A stretch of 32,511 nt of DNA, filler included, from Licmophora abbreviata (lineage: Eukaryota): the NCBI GenBank assembly GCA_900291995.1. It is 29 parts of 29 records of this genome, joined end to end, with 100 filler letters (N's around TTAATTAATTAA, not from the genome) between each part and the next. Parts side by side here need not be neighbours in the genome. Positions count along the whole stretch, not along the records: positions 1 to 1,038 come from OLMU01006770.1; positions 1,139 to 2,176 come from OLMU01006771.1; positions 2,277 to 3,314 come from OLMU01006772.1; positions 3,415 to 4,450 come from OLMU01006773.1; positions 4,551 to 5,586 come from OLMU01006774.1; positions 5,687 to 6,722 come from OLMU01006775.1; positions 6,823 to 7,858 come from OLMU01006776.1; positions 7,959 to 8,992 come from OLMU01006777.1; 21 more parts are not named here. One strand, 5' to 3'. Within the stretch, counting starts at the first letter, position 1. Each line of letters opens with the position of its first letter. Of this stretch, positions 1-11,362 are shown one piece after another. A model generated the notes under the pieces. That model worked only from the letters and a program-made list of their open reading frames with translations, was not told the origin of the DNA and ran no database searches. The position numbers were made by a program, and so were the translations under genes.

Positions 1-56
1 TCACACCTCCTCTGTCCTGAAATCGATGAGCAGTGTCGTATGGACAGTGTGCGACC

Positions 57-1037
<981 letters not shown>

Positions 1038-1038
1038 T

Positions 1039-1138
1039 NNNNNNNNNNNNNNNNNNNNNNNNNNNNNNNNNNNNNNNNNNNNTTAATTAATTAANNNNNN
1101 NNNNNNNNNNNNNNNNNNNNNNNNNNNNNNNNNNNNNN
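1039..1138. other. Artificial contig linker N44-TTAATTAATTAA-N44 (first of 28)
   Basis: The identical 100-nt block recurs at 2177, 3315, 4451, 5587, 6723, 7859, 8993, 10127, 11263, 12396, 13529, 14656, 15786, 16915, 18044, 19169, 20291, 21412, 22531, 23645, 24762, 25872, 26985, 28096, 29205, 30311 and 31412. The 12-mer has stops in all six frames, and the contigs between linkers shrink from 1038 to 1000 nt. Confidence 0.99.
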
Positions 1139-2175
1139 TGGAGTAGATTCGAAATGTCCGAGTTAGTAGCACTGAATTTTGGTTCAAGGTTAGTGGTATA
1201 TTCTGTCATTTTCGCACGCCACTCGTCCGTTTGCTGTTCTGCATTCGTCAATCGTTGCACAGTGACTGCAGATACAGGTCTGCCGCTGGGTGGCAATATC
1301 CAATACGACATTTGTTGACCAACACGGTGGGACACGCCAAGCCATCTCCCAAGCTCCGGCTCTCCCATGCCGGCGTTACTCCTGAATACGACCCAGTCGT
1401 AAAATCCGAAGTCCAAGTACTCCGTGATATCAGGCGTCTCTCCAGTGATAATCTCTAACGGTGTCCGACCATTGCAATAGCGTGACGAGTTCCACATCAG
1501 GTTACCCGTCTCGCAGACCCATTCGAATCCAAAGTCCCACAATCTAGTCGGTACTTTCTTTTTGACCATGATACGGTACCATCGCTTCTTCAGTTCAAGA
1601 ATTCCCGCTTCCGCCGGGTTCTCATCCGGTCGCCGTGGTGACGACACATGGTACTTAATCTCAAGCCGACGGATCATCTCAGCAAAACGGGTTCTCGTAC
1701 CCACTTGTACCTGGGCACCATCGTACGTTAAGTGCTCAGGCGCACCAAAATCGTTAGCAAATTCAGCCAAAGTATTTCCGATACTGTTTCCATCCAGGCT
1801 CTGTAGGTGATATACTTTCTTGAAGCCACACTTGTGGCTATAGATCTGGGATGCGATGTTCCCACGTATCGATTTCACCGCACCGTACGCCGTGTCAGTA
1901 GCAAACTTGCCATTGAGTCGCTTGATTGAGAAGTATCGATCGGCCCTGTATCGTCGGCTTATTGGCAGTATCGCAGATCGTGTACCCCGCTGCGTAGTCA
2001 CACGCAGGGTGTTCTTGGCCCGCTCCGGCCCAATGCAGAATCGATCCGCCAGTGATTCGGCCGTCACCTTAGAGTGACGGTCAGCCGCAACGAAAGTCCT
2101 TCGAAACGGTACATCCTCTGTGATTGCCGCCGCTATGTGTCGACACTGGTTCATGGCATCCGATAAATCAAAAAT
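1139..2175 (-). mobile_element. Ty1/copia (CoDi-like) LTR retrotransposon pol fragment: integrase core
   Basis: Open across the whole contig. The DDE triad appears as FATDT, TYDGA and ENPAE, followed by VPTRLW, TPLEIITGETPDITEYLDFGFYDWV and GRWLGVSHRVG, typical of diatom copia integrases. Confidence 0.92.
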
Positions 2176-2276
2176 TNNNNNNNNNNNNNNNNNNNNNNNN
2201 NNNNNNNNNNNNNNNNNNNNTTAATTAATTAANNNNNNNNNNNNNNNNNNNNNNNNNNNNNNNNNNNNNNNNNNNN

Positions 2277-2665
2277 CATGGCTGACCAATCTGCTTAATG
2301 AGCTCGCAGATCGAGGTTCCACCCGATTTGGAAACATGCAGGAAAAGGTGTGCGTGGATGTGCCGTCGTCGTTCCAAAATACAGGAGCCCATGTCTCGCC
2401 AGTCTTGAGGCGTCGCTTCGTCGCCGTAGGAGGCCAGAGCTCGTCGTTCTGTTGCAGTCCCCGTGCAATGCTCAAACGGTCGGGAGGCGATGGTACTCAA
2501 CGGTGTCAACGACCAAGAGGAATGTCTCATTCGTGATATGGGTGGTGCGGACCGCGTTTGAAACGAATGTCCAAGCTCCGATAACGTCACGAGTCCGATG
2601 GCCATCAGTGCGAGTCCGAGACTCATAGCAAGGAGCACCATCAAGAAGCCGTTATTGTTTAACAT
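2277..2665 (-). CDS. Putative type II membrane sulfotransferase (Sulfotransfer_2-like), 5' part
   Basis: An N-terminal hydrophobic anchor (FLMVLLAMSLGLALMAIGLVTL) precedes the PAPS-binding-loop motif LFLHVSKSGGTSICEL. Truncated by the contig end, and the start codon is uncertain. Confidence 0.6.
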
Positions 2666-3414
2666 CAGGAACGAGACAAAATATGAGCGTATTATAGGTA
2701 AAGGACAGGTTCGAGGTAGTAGAGGAAAGGAAAGAGGCACAACAACGACGGCACGACGACGGTACCAGGTACACAAGGCGCCGATGATCAAATGAAACTT
2801 CAGGTGAAATTGCGACAATTAATCGAATGAGTCGCGGGACTCGTGACACGGATGAATCGAATGAATCGTGTGGTTGATCGCTAACATATTCAATATGGCG
2901 CAAGAGCGCAATAAACGTACCGATATGATAGACAGTAGTGCAAAGCTCACTTCTTTCGAAAAAGACACCTTTGCATGCCGTAATATTGTCTCTGATTGAT
3001 TGGTCGTCAACCACACGTTCCCATTTCTGGGATAACACGGGTAGAACTTCTGAAAGCTGCGGCGCCGCCGCTCTCACATCTCGAATCACCTGAGATGGAA
3101 GCGGGAAAATGCATGCTGTTACGTGAGGACATACGCAATACTCTCCTTGTCTCCCGAGTTCCCCTCTCACACAAGTAGCTACAGAGAGCCTAGAGAATAC
3201 ACATTGTGCTTGATACATACAAGCCCATTATTCCAAACTATCTTCTGCAAACTTGATAATCGGCACGCTCTGACCAGGCAGCTCCTCGTCCGAGTCCCAG
3301 GTAACGCCATTGCCNNNNNNNNNNNNNNNNNNNNNNNNNNNNNNNNNNNNNNNNNNNNTTAATTAATTAANNNNNNNNNNNNNNNNNNNNNNNNNNNNNN
3401 NNNNNNNNNNNNNN

Positions 3415-4253
3415 GAATAATCGGCCATCTCCAAACGTCTGAGATACCCGGGCGGCAGCATCTACTATCTCTATTCGATCCTTCTCACGGAGAAAGATCT
3501 TCGTCCACAAGAGTGAAGGCTTTACAGTAATTTGACGGCCGGGGAGATCTCGCGTACATGGTTCGTCTGGACGTAGTTTGTACTTATTTCTGCAAGGGTC
3601 GTCATTTTTTACCGATACGGAATAACCCGATAGTGCGTGCTTTAGCGTGTTGCTCCGTACTTGAACTCCGATTGCAAGATCGGGTATCGCTCGAAAAATC
3701 CTCTTCCATCCCTCCGAAGAGATAATGCTGACCCCACTTAAATCAGTGCTTGCTATAAGGGCATCAGAAGCACGCGGGAAGGAGCATTCTTTTCTGATGT
3801 TGTTCATGGAAAGTCGCTTGGTGCCATTCACATCTTTGCGAGAGAAGTACTCGATAAGCATAGTAGTCATGTCATCTTCTGACTGTGGCTTCCTTGTGTC
3901 ATTCGGAGACGCACAAGCCTGCATTTCCTGCGAAAATGTGATGCTCTGCCCAGACTCTAGTTTGAGCTTATCTGCGCTCCAAGCGAACCAGGTGCTGCCG
4001 GAGCGATCCATCTTAAAAAGGAGCATCGGTCGATTCTTCCAACCGGATGGGATTCCTCGTGAGCATTGTCTGTGTAGATCTGGCCCCGCTTCGTACAACG
4101 TCTGCGTCTCCTTGGCATCCTTGGCTCGTGTTGATACGAGATGAGTTTGCGATCGAAACTGGAAGTCAAACTCAGTACTGTTGACAAAAAAACGGCGACG
4201 GCCAACAAGAAAAGACCGACCAAACACACCAATTGAAGGAAAGCGCGCTGCAT
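3415..4253 (-). CDS. Putative membrane-anchored sulfotransferase (Stf0-like), 5' part, one apparent frameshift
   Basis: LLFKMDRSGSTWF (5'-PSB-like loop) and VRSNTLKHALS (3'-PB-like) lie in the long frame. The hydrophobic anchor MQRAFLQLVCLVGLFLLAVAVFLSTVL lies in another frame starting at 4253. Confidence 0.6.
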
Positions 4254-4550
4254 GTCACCACTGTTCCATGCTCCTCCAACGGATACACAAACAACGACAG
4301 AAGGATGTTCAATGTGTTGCTGTGTGTCGTTGTAGTTTGTGTTCCGGCGTGTTTATTGAGAGACGCCGCGTGAGGCGATTCCATTTGAATCATTCGACTC
4401 GATCCATCACATCGCGTGTACCCAGCCAGGTTGAAGGTAGGACGACTCGANNNNNNNNNNNNNNNNNNNNNNNNNNNNNNNNNNNNNNNNNNNNTTAATT
4501 AATTAANNNNNNNNNNNNNNNNNNNNNNNNNNNNNNNNNNNNNNNNNNNN

Positions 4551-5521
4551 CAGAGATCCTCCGGCCCCATATTCGAGGACCATGTAATATGCATCTTCCG
4601 AAGTGCAGAAGCCCAAAAGTCGGATGATATTTGGATGGCTTAATTTCGACAGCGTCTGCCAGTACCAAGTGCGAAGCGGAAAGAATAGAACACAGCAAAA
4701 TCCATGTTAGTGGTTGCGTCAACTAGCAGAGCTACCAGGGCTGACTGAGACCAGCGCCAAGAGCAATCAACTTCACCAGCACTTAACTCAATTTCTTTCG
4801 CAAATGTGATCTTCTCTTGCTCGTCTATTTTATTGGAATCAATGGTCTTGATGGCGACAATAATGTTGATATCGGGGTCTTGTCCCTTGAAGACAGTTCC
4901 GAATCCTCCACTACCCAGCTTTTCTTTCGTGGTACGCGTATTGTTCTTGATAAGATAATTGATATAGGCTTCCGGAACATTCTTTGCGGTGGAGTTTGTT
5001 GCAGACAATAGAGAGCCGGTGACCACAGTTCGCCCCTCTTCAATGAGACGCTTCTTCTCATCCTCGACCTCCACGTTTTGTTGGTGAGCGGTGCCAGCAC
5101 GATGAGTGTACTCCTTGGTGAGTCGAAACGATACGAGAAGTATACAAATACTTTGTCAGACGCATTGGTCACATTCAATGAGTTGCGCCGCGCGTACGCC
5201 CGACATGCATCAAAGTACTATTCATACCTCTTGTTTCACTCCCTGTTGTGACTCGGATTTGGCGCGTTCCTCGGTATCGAGTCGCTTGCACCAGAGAATG
5301 ATTTCGTGTCGTAGCTGCACACAAAGTTGCTCATACTTTGGAATGCCGACGAGTTTACGGCCGAGCTGCTCCATTTCGTCGATACCAGCCACGAGCTCTT
5401 TCTCATTTGGGTAGCCTGGGACCATGGCCTGATATTCCAGCAAGTCCGCCCTCTTCTTGCCAAGTTGCGATCGACTCCAATTGATCGGGGGCGATGTTGT
5501 GGCACGCTGACATTCCGCCAT
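4551..5521 (-). CDS. IRAK/Pelle-like (TKL) protein kinase, spliced, partial
   Basis: KLGSGGFGTVFKG, VAIK and FAKEIE end at 4787. After an intron (4786..4656) the exon 4655..4551 reads TLSKLSHPNIIRLLGFCTSEDAYYMVLEYGAGGSL. A probable upstream exon (to about 5228) ends at a GTATGA donor. The start is uncertain. Confidence 0.8.
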
Positions 5522-5688
5522 GGCCCGATCAAGGTGGGTCCGTGTCGGAATATCATCAGAAAAGACCCACTGCTGTCGTCTCTTTTNNNNNNNNNNNNNN
5601 NNNNNNNNNNNNNNNNNNNNNNNNNNNNNNTTAATTAATTAANNNNNNNNNNNNNNNNNNNNNNNNNNNNNNNNNNNNNNNNNNNNGT

Positions 5689-6048
5689 AAAAAGAACTAT
5701 TATGTTTTTCCAGATAGTTTCAAAAAAGTAATATGCAAGTTAGTTATCAAACGGTTGAAATCTGATCCAAAAGTTAAGTTGCATGGTGAACAGAATGGTT
5801 TATGTTTAGTTTGCAAAGAGCAAATGAAGGAGGATTTGCTTCTCTCTCGCTCATCTAAGTTGCATATTCATCACTTAGTGCCGCGTAGCGTAGCAACTGA
5901 GACGAAGCTAAACAAGAAATCTTATGAGTCTCGCAAAAATAAAGTACTTTTACATGAGAAGTGTCACTTGGTACTTCATAAAAGCAATTTGTTTCAAGAC
6001 TCTTATCTTTTACGTGCTTCGGTGCCCAGAAAACCCATTATTTCTTAA
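5689..6048 (+). CDS. Group II intron-encoded protein, C-terminal HNH endonuclease domain (5' truncated)
   Basis: QNGLCLVC...LHIHHLVP...NKVLLHEKCHLVLH matches the CxxC / HH / N..H..CH pattern, and the stop lies 40 nt upstream of domain V. Confidence 0.88.
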   Translation, partial: KKNYYVFPDSFKKVICKLVIKRLKSDPKVKLHGEQNGLCLVCKEQMKEDLLLSRSSKLHIHHLVPRSVATETKLNKKSYESRKNKVLLHEKCHLVLHKSNLFQDSYLLRASVPRKPIIS

Positions 6049-6087
6049 TTAATTTTTTTTTCTTCGATTAGTTATAGTAATCCATAG

Positions 6088-6121
6088 GAGCTGTATGCAT
6101 CGCAAGGTGCTCGTACAGTTC
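6088..6121 (+). ncRNA. Group II intron catalytic domain V
   Basis: The 34-nt sequence GAGCTGTAT-GCATC-GCAA-GGTGC-TC-GTACAGTTC has the AGC triad, a 9-bp plus 5-bp stem, a GNRA tetraloop and a 2-nt bulge. Confidence 0.95.
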
Positions 6122-6165
6122 TGGTCAGAGGAAATAAGACTTAATAAATCTTTATACTCACTGAC

Positions 6166-6225
6166 AGTAGCTAATTCAGGAATTGATATCACGTTACATG
6201 ATACCTATTACGTAGTAGCACATTT
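6166..6225 (+). CDS. cox1: Cytochrome c oxidase subunit I internal mini-exon (about 60 nt)
   Basis: Translates as VANSGIDITLHDTYYVVAH(F), matching the conserved Cox1 ANSxxDIxLHDTYYVVAHFHY segment. Similarity stops after CAT TT. Confidence 0.93.
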
Positions 6226-6722
6226 GTTCGATGTCACAGAGACTGTTTGTGGTTGTTTAAATTACCGTATCTTTCGAGGCCGGAACAACTCGAGGTTGGC
6301 ATATTTGTTCTCTCGGGAAGAAGAAAGTTCACACGGCCTACTAATTAAAAGATCTATTAATTTTTCCAGCCGTATTAGCGACGCGGGATGTGAACGTTAT
6401 TATAACGTAAGCGCTAGACTGTTTAAAGACGAAGGAAGGAGAGGAAGTGCTCTGGACGAGGTAACGTCTACAGTCGATTCTTTAGAAGCATCTAGAGATA
6501 TAACGGATAGTGGTCTTGGATTAGATATACATAAACAGTTTGAGGGCAGCGAGACCCACTTGCTTTTATTAGAAAATGGGTTGAGTGAAGACACCAAAAA
6601 ATGCTCGGAGCCAGCAAAAAAAAAGATGTTTCCCTAGGTGGAAAGTCTCTGAAGAATCAAGAAGTTTATATTCCAGATTCTGAAGCTGCCGAGTATAATA
6701 TGTTGTTTGACTTGAATGAAGT
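6226..6722 (+). mobile_element. 5' portion of a second cox1 intron (probably group II) with an ORF in frame with the upstream exon
   Basis: Cox1 homology ends and the sequence starts GTTCG (the group II consensus is GTGYG). The exon frame stays open to TAG at 6635-6637, and the -1 frame beyond the A9 run (6616-6624) is open to the contig end. Confidence 0.65.
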
Positions 6723-7958
6723 NNNNNNNNNNNNNNNNNNNNNNNNNNNNNNNNNNNNNNNNNNNNTTAATTAATTAANNNNNNNNNNNNNNNNNNNNNN
6801 NNNNNNNNNNNNNNNNNNNNNNCAAGGGACGCCCCAACTACAAGGAGTAGAGAGGTTTCGTACTGCCGCGGACATGAAAAGGTATGTCTTGTATCCGCTT
6901 GCTCTTGACAGCATGCTTGCCTGTGTGTTACTCCTGTTGTATCAATCTGTCACGTCAGCTACTAACGTCTCATCGTCGGCTCTCTTTGTTTACTTTACCC
7001 AGGTCATAGTCTACTGCATTCGTTTCTACACGACAGAAGACAGACACATCCACGAATTTCAAGATGCATCCAAGTTCCACCCCGTCCCTCCTCCACACAA
7101 GCCTCCATCGCTCTCCGATACTACACATCCAAGTGCCATGATGTTTATCGTCCACTGACGAAGATTCCACTATCCCCCAAGATTTCCAAATACATTCAAC
7201 TTGCTGCCTTCGACAGTCGAGTGAAGCAGTCGTCTTGCATCTCAAGGAATGCGAGAGTCCATCACCTTCGAGTTAAGCCTCCTATGGCTGTAGAGTACTG
7301 GGGTTCTCTACTAACTGTCATCCGTGGCATGAACGTCCCCCTACGATGTGTGATTGGACTCTCAATTTCTGCAAGACGATCTGTGGATACTCGGCGTCGT
7401 GGCTTGGTCCCGTCCAGCTTTCCATCCAGGAATGCTGTACGGTTTCATTGTTGGCACCACCCATTATATCGATGTTTGCGGCCGCGCACCGTTTCGACGG
7501 TCGCAGTCGCAGCATCACCCACCCCTGCTCCCAGTTTCAAGCCCGGATTCATTGCATCCATGTCGATTTTCAGTTTCGTCGTCCCCTTTCCCTTTTCGTC
7601 GCTGTCTCCTAGTGAGCAAGTATAAGGAGTCCATAAGCCTCCCTGTCGGTTCCAAGTCCTGTCCCAGGATCATCGTCTCGTCCATCTCGTCCCCCCTTCA
7701 CCAGTGTCTTCAAGTGAACCCGTGTCGAAACTCAAGTCTGTTCGAAACGACTGCATCAGACGAAGCAATTCCAAGGATGCAAGTACAATCCGCCAGCCAA
7801 GATTGATCGATTGCTAGGTAGAAATTTATAACAATTACTGTAGCTTGCAATTACTCTTNNNNNNNNNNNNNNNNNNNNNNNNNNNNNNNNNNNNNNNNNN
7901 NNTTAATTAATTAANNNNNNNNNNNNNNNNNNNNNNNNNNNNNNNNNNNNNNNNNNNN

Positions 7959-8992
7959 ATAAAAAAAATATCCAAAGGCGATGGCTCGTGGCAAACTGTA
8001 AAAGAAATCCTCGGTTGGATCATCGACACGAAGTCCATGACCCTATCCCTGACGAAGCGCCGAGCGGATCGACTCTCCGAGCTATTAGCCAGCATTACTC
8101 CGAATCAACGCCGGCTCTCCATCAACACCTGGCACAAGGTCCTCGGCGAGTTACGATCCATGTCCATTGCCCTGCCAGGCTCTCGAGGCTTGTTCAGCCT
8201 TCTCCAAGAAGCCTTCCGGACTGAAGACGGCCGCAAGCGCATCAAGCTAAGCCCCGACGTCCACGGCATCCTCCAGGACTTTCGATGGCTACACAGCCAG
8301 CTCACAGACCGGCCCACCCGTCTCTACGAATTAGTCCCGCTACCCCCAGTCATCATTGGAGCGCACGACGCTGCAGGTCATGGCGCCGGCGGAGTCTGGC
8401 TACCCACAGAGCGCGCTGTCCAGCGAACCCCCCCCCACTCTCGAGCAGCCTCGCCCGGCAGCAATCGACACCTATTGTTTGGCGCCTCCCTTTTTCGAAG
8501 AAAGTACAATCCTCCCTAGTTTCCTTCCAAAACCCAACCGGCACCATTACCAACTCGGACCTCGAGCTCCTCGGCGCGATCATGCATCAGGAAGCGGCAG
8601 CCAGCTGTTTTGACGTCCGCGAGCGCACAACCCTTAGCAAGACAGACAATCTCGCTACCATGTATTGGGCGCGCAAGGGATCCGCCACGACTACCTCCGC
8701 TCCCGCCAGACTCCTACGCATCCTTTCATACCATCAACGATACCACCGATACCTGCCCCGGCACGATTACATCCCGGGCCCCGAGAACCAAATGAGCGAC
8801 GATGCGTCCCGGCTCCAACACCTCTCTAACCGCGATTTTCTTGCCCATTTCAACCATCGCTACCCACAGACAACCTCTTGGCAACTCTGGACCCCGACCA
8901 AGCAGCTGACCTCCGCGCTGATTACCTCGCTGTTCAAGATGCCATCCGCTCCGGAGTCGTGGCTAGTCGCTCCACCGCCGCCGACGCCGCAT
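7959..8992 (+). mobile_element. DIRS/Ngaro-type retrotransposon fragment: RT C-terminus plus RNase H (frameshift at C9, 8428-8436)
   Basis: KEILGWIIDT, WHKVLGELRSM, HDAAGHGAGGVW, TNSDLELL, TDNLAT and YIPGPENQMSDDASRL give the D-E-D-D RNase H residues in DIRS-type context. Homologous to 27085..27633. Confidence 0.88.
8830..8992 (+). CDS. N-terminus of an overlapping tyrosine recombinase ORF (-1 frame, no AUG; absent from the ORF track)
   Basis: Manual translation gives ...DLRADYLAVQDAIRSGVVASRSTAADAA, which aligns with AFCHDLRSAKKAARSGVVSSRANAADSH of the YR ORF at 27237..28095. Confidence 0.75.
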
Positions 8993-9175
8993 NNNNNNNN
9001 NNNNNNNNNNNNNNNNNNNNNNNNNNNNNNNNNNNNTTAATTAATTAANNNNNNNNNNNNNNNNNNNNNNNNNNNNNNNNNNNNNNNNNNNNTAATATGG
9101 CGTGCGTGGATTAGAGTGAGACACGGTGTTGATCGATCCAAGGCCGACTCAGCAACAGAACAACCCACATCGTAC

Positions 9176-10126
9176 CTGAATGTTGGGTGACGTTGGCTCC
9201 ACGTTGGTCAAGATGAGAATCATGCTTCCAATGGATACCACGATAAGACTGGCCCAGGCAGCGCTCACAATGCTTTTTGTTTCGTTGAGAATTGAAGGAA
9301 GGTCACGAGTAATAACTGCGATCACCACCGCTACCAAGTAAGAAAGGCCCACCAAGGTTAAACCTACTGCCTCGGGCCACACCTCCCCGCACTGGCACTC
9401 AACACGGCCAATCGTTTCCGCCTCGTTCAACTCCACAACAACTTCAGCAGGATAAAATATAAGAGTCACCACTTGAACGATGATTTGCGGCAATGTAAGT
9501 GTAATGATGAGCTGCAGCAAGTGGCTGTTCTTAACTTCTTTGCGGAGCGAGTGAGAAGAGAGGCTCTCTCGCCGTCTCACGGCCGTTTCCCGATATTTCC
9601 AAAAGCAAAAGAGCTTCTCCCAGTCTGCCAATACGGAGAGCGTTGTCATGAAGAACCTTTCGATGCGGCGACGACGGCGTACGCCGAACGCGGAGATTCG
9701 CATACTCGTATTGAGGATCAGATGAAGTCTCCACATGCGACCAATGAGAATATTTCCCATGAGCGATAGCGATGTAAGTACGAAAGGATACGCAAGATTG
9801 CAAAATATGTCACGGGTCGGCAGGTAGAATGCCGAACATGCGGTTGCCACGAGTGCGAAGAACACCAATGCCGCCAAGAACGGAGCCTGTGCCATTTTCA
9901 TAACACCATGGTCGCGATGGCGCACCACGAACCATAGCAAGGATAGCAGAAAGGCACCCGCGACTCCCAAAATGATGCCCACAGCGATCTTAAAGGAGTC
10001 GGTAATGTCTTGAATTGTGGGCGGCTGCTGTAGCGTATAGCTTCTCGACGGCATAATGTCCGCCACATCAACCTTTTGCGTCACGAGAACCGAATCGCCG
10101 GGTGGACCGAAAATCATGACGACGTG
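9176..10126 (-). CDS. Class C (GABA-B-like, 7tm_3) GPCR, internal exon
   Basis: About six hydrophobic helices with VMKMAQAPFL, a Cys before TM3, GRMWRL, and TRDLPSILNETKSI. The exon ends at a CAG|GTACGA donor (9175). Confidence 0.85.
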
Positions 10127-10226
10127 NNNNNNNNNNNNNNNNNNNNNNNNNNNNNNNNNNNNNNNNNNNNTTAATTAATTAANNNNNNNNNNNNNNNNNN
10201 NNNNNNNNNNNNNNNNNNNNNNNNNN

Positions 10227-11170
10227 GGGCATGCCATCAACCGGGTGTCGTCCCTCGCGTCCTCCTCTGTTGAATGTAGCGGTGGTCGGCAGGTGGTGGT
10301 GCTTCGCTTGGATGCGCTCCCTCATGTCCAATTCCTCTGTATCCAGGAAGCGTTGGAGGGGCCCCGACGACGTGTCCTCGTTCGCGTCTAACATTAGGAT
10401 CAGTCTCTCCCCCTGCCTTCTCCACGCGCGCAGTTCCGCCACGAGATCCTCCTTGAATGCCTCCCTTGGGCACCGTGGCCTCCTCTTGCTTCTCCAGTAT
10501 CGTTCCTGTTGGTTGTATACTGTGAGGAGCTGCTCTCTCGCCGACTTGCAAGGTTGGTAGGCTGCCACGACTCTGGTGACTAGTCCCGTCTTCCCCTGGA
10601 AACGCATCCACGCCCATCGTCCGAGTCCCGAGGGGTCTCGCCCGGTTTGAGTGGCCCTTGCCGCCGTCTGTCCAAACGCTAGAACAAAGGTCCCGCCCCG
10701 TTGCCTCCTCCCCGTTGTCTCGTGTTCGTTGTACGCAGCGACTGTTTTGAGAGCTGATTCTGTCCGAAACATCTGCGGAAGGCAGCCCGCTGAGGGCATC
10801 CTGTTCCATGCTAAGCCTGCTTCACACCCGGCCAGGAGGTCCGTCCCCCATTGCCGTGCAAACGCCATAAGTGCCATCACTTTCGGGTTGTTGATGGACA
10901 CCGCCGGGAAGTTATCCACATTTGCGAATGCAAGACGTGTAGTGCCCGACGGTCTGTTCGCCATGTCGTCGCCAAAATCCTCATCCGCAGGTACCCCCCC
11001 CCCCAGGTGCTGACGCCGCCTCGTTGCTCCTGTCCGTCCCTACTGGCAGCCGGTGTGCTCTTCTGCGCTGCCCTCGTTTGCCCCTGTGTGATCTTGCCTT
11101 CTTCCTCCTCTGCCCCGTTTCCTCTGGTTCCTCCGCCATTGTAATCCTCGTCCGTTTCTGAGTTGTACAC
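10227..11170 (-). mobile_element. Non-LTR retrotransposon (LINE, possibly Ambal-like) ORF2 N-terminus: AP-like endonuclease
   Basis: EEP-fold motifs RLAFANVDN, AGCEAG, QRGGT, DPSGLGRW, VVAAYQP and LILMLDANE. The ATG at 11170 joins this frame if the 11-nt G run (10994-11004) is one base longer. Confidence 0.85.
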
Positions 11171-11362
11171 ATATAATCACTGTTTTCACCAATGTTGCTG
11201 CTACTATGGACGTTATTGCTGGAGAGGAGATCGACAGGTCCGGTCGGCCGGTCCGTCGTTGGNNNNNNNNNNNNNNNNNNNNNNNNNNNNNNNNNNNNNN
11301 NNNNNNTTAATTAATTAANNNNNNNNNNNNNNNNNNNNNNNNNNNNNNNNNNNNNNNNNNNN

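Larger units (their letters stand above)
5687..6165 (+). mobile_element. 3' portion of a group II intron in mitochondrial cox1
   Basis: AT-rich contig with an intron-encoded ORF end, domain V, and a domain VI-like hairpin (GTCAGAG...CTC-A-CTGAC, bulged A at 6160) that abuts cox1 exon sequence. The 3' boundary is uncertain by 1-2 nt. Confidence 0.9.

Noticed and set aside
5755..6048. HNH ORF as an IscB/Cas9-like or standalone nuclease with a guide RNA
   Set aside because: No RuvC motifs are visible, and the adjacent structured RNA is group II domain V/VI followed by cox1 exon.
6095..6637. The 180-aa ORF as a standalone novel protein
   Set aside because: It is a chimera of intron domains V/VI, the cox1 exon and the next intron. 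Its ATG lies inside domain V.
6823..7858. Several overlapping short ORFs on both strands
   Set aside because: I found no recognisable motifs or consistent frame, so the contig is left uncalled.
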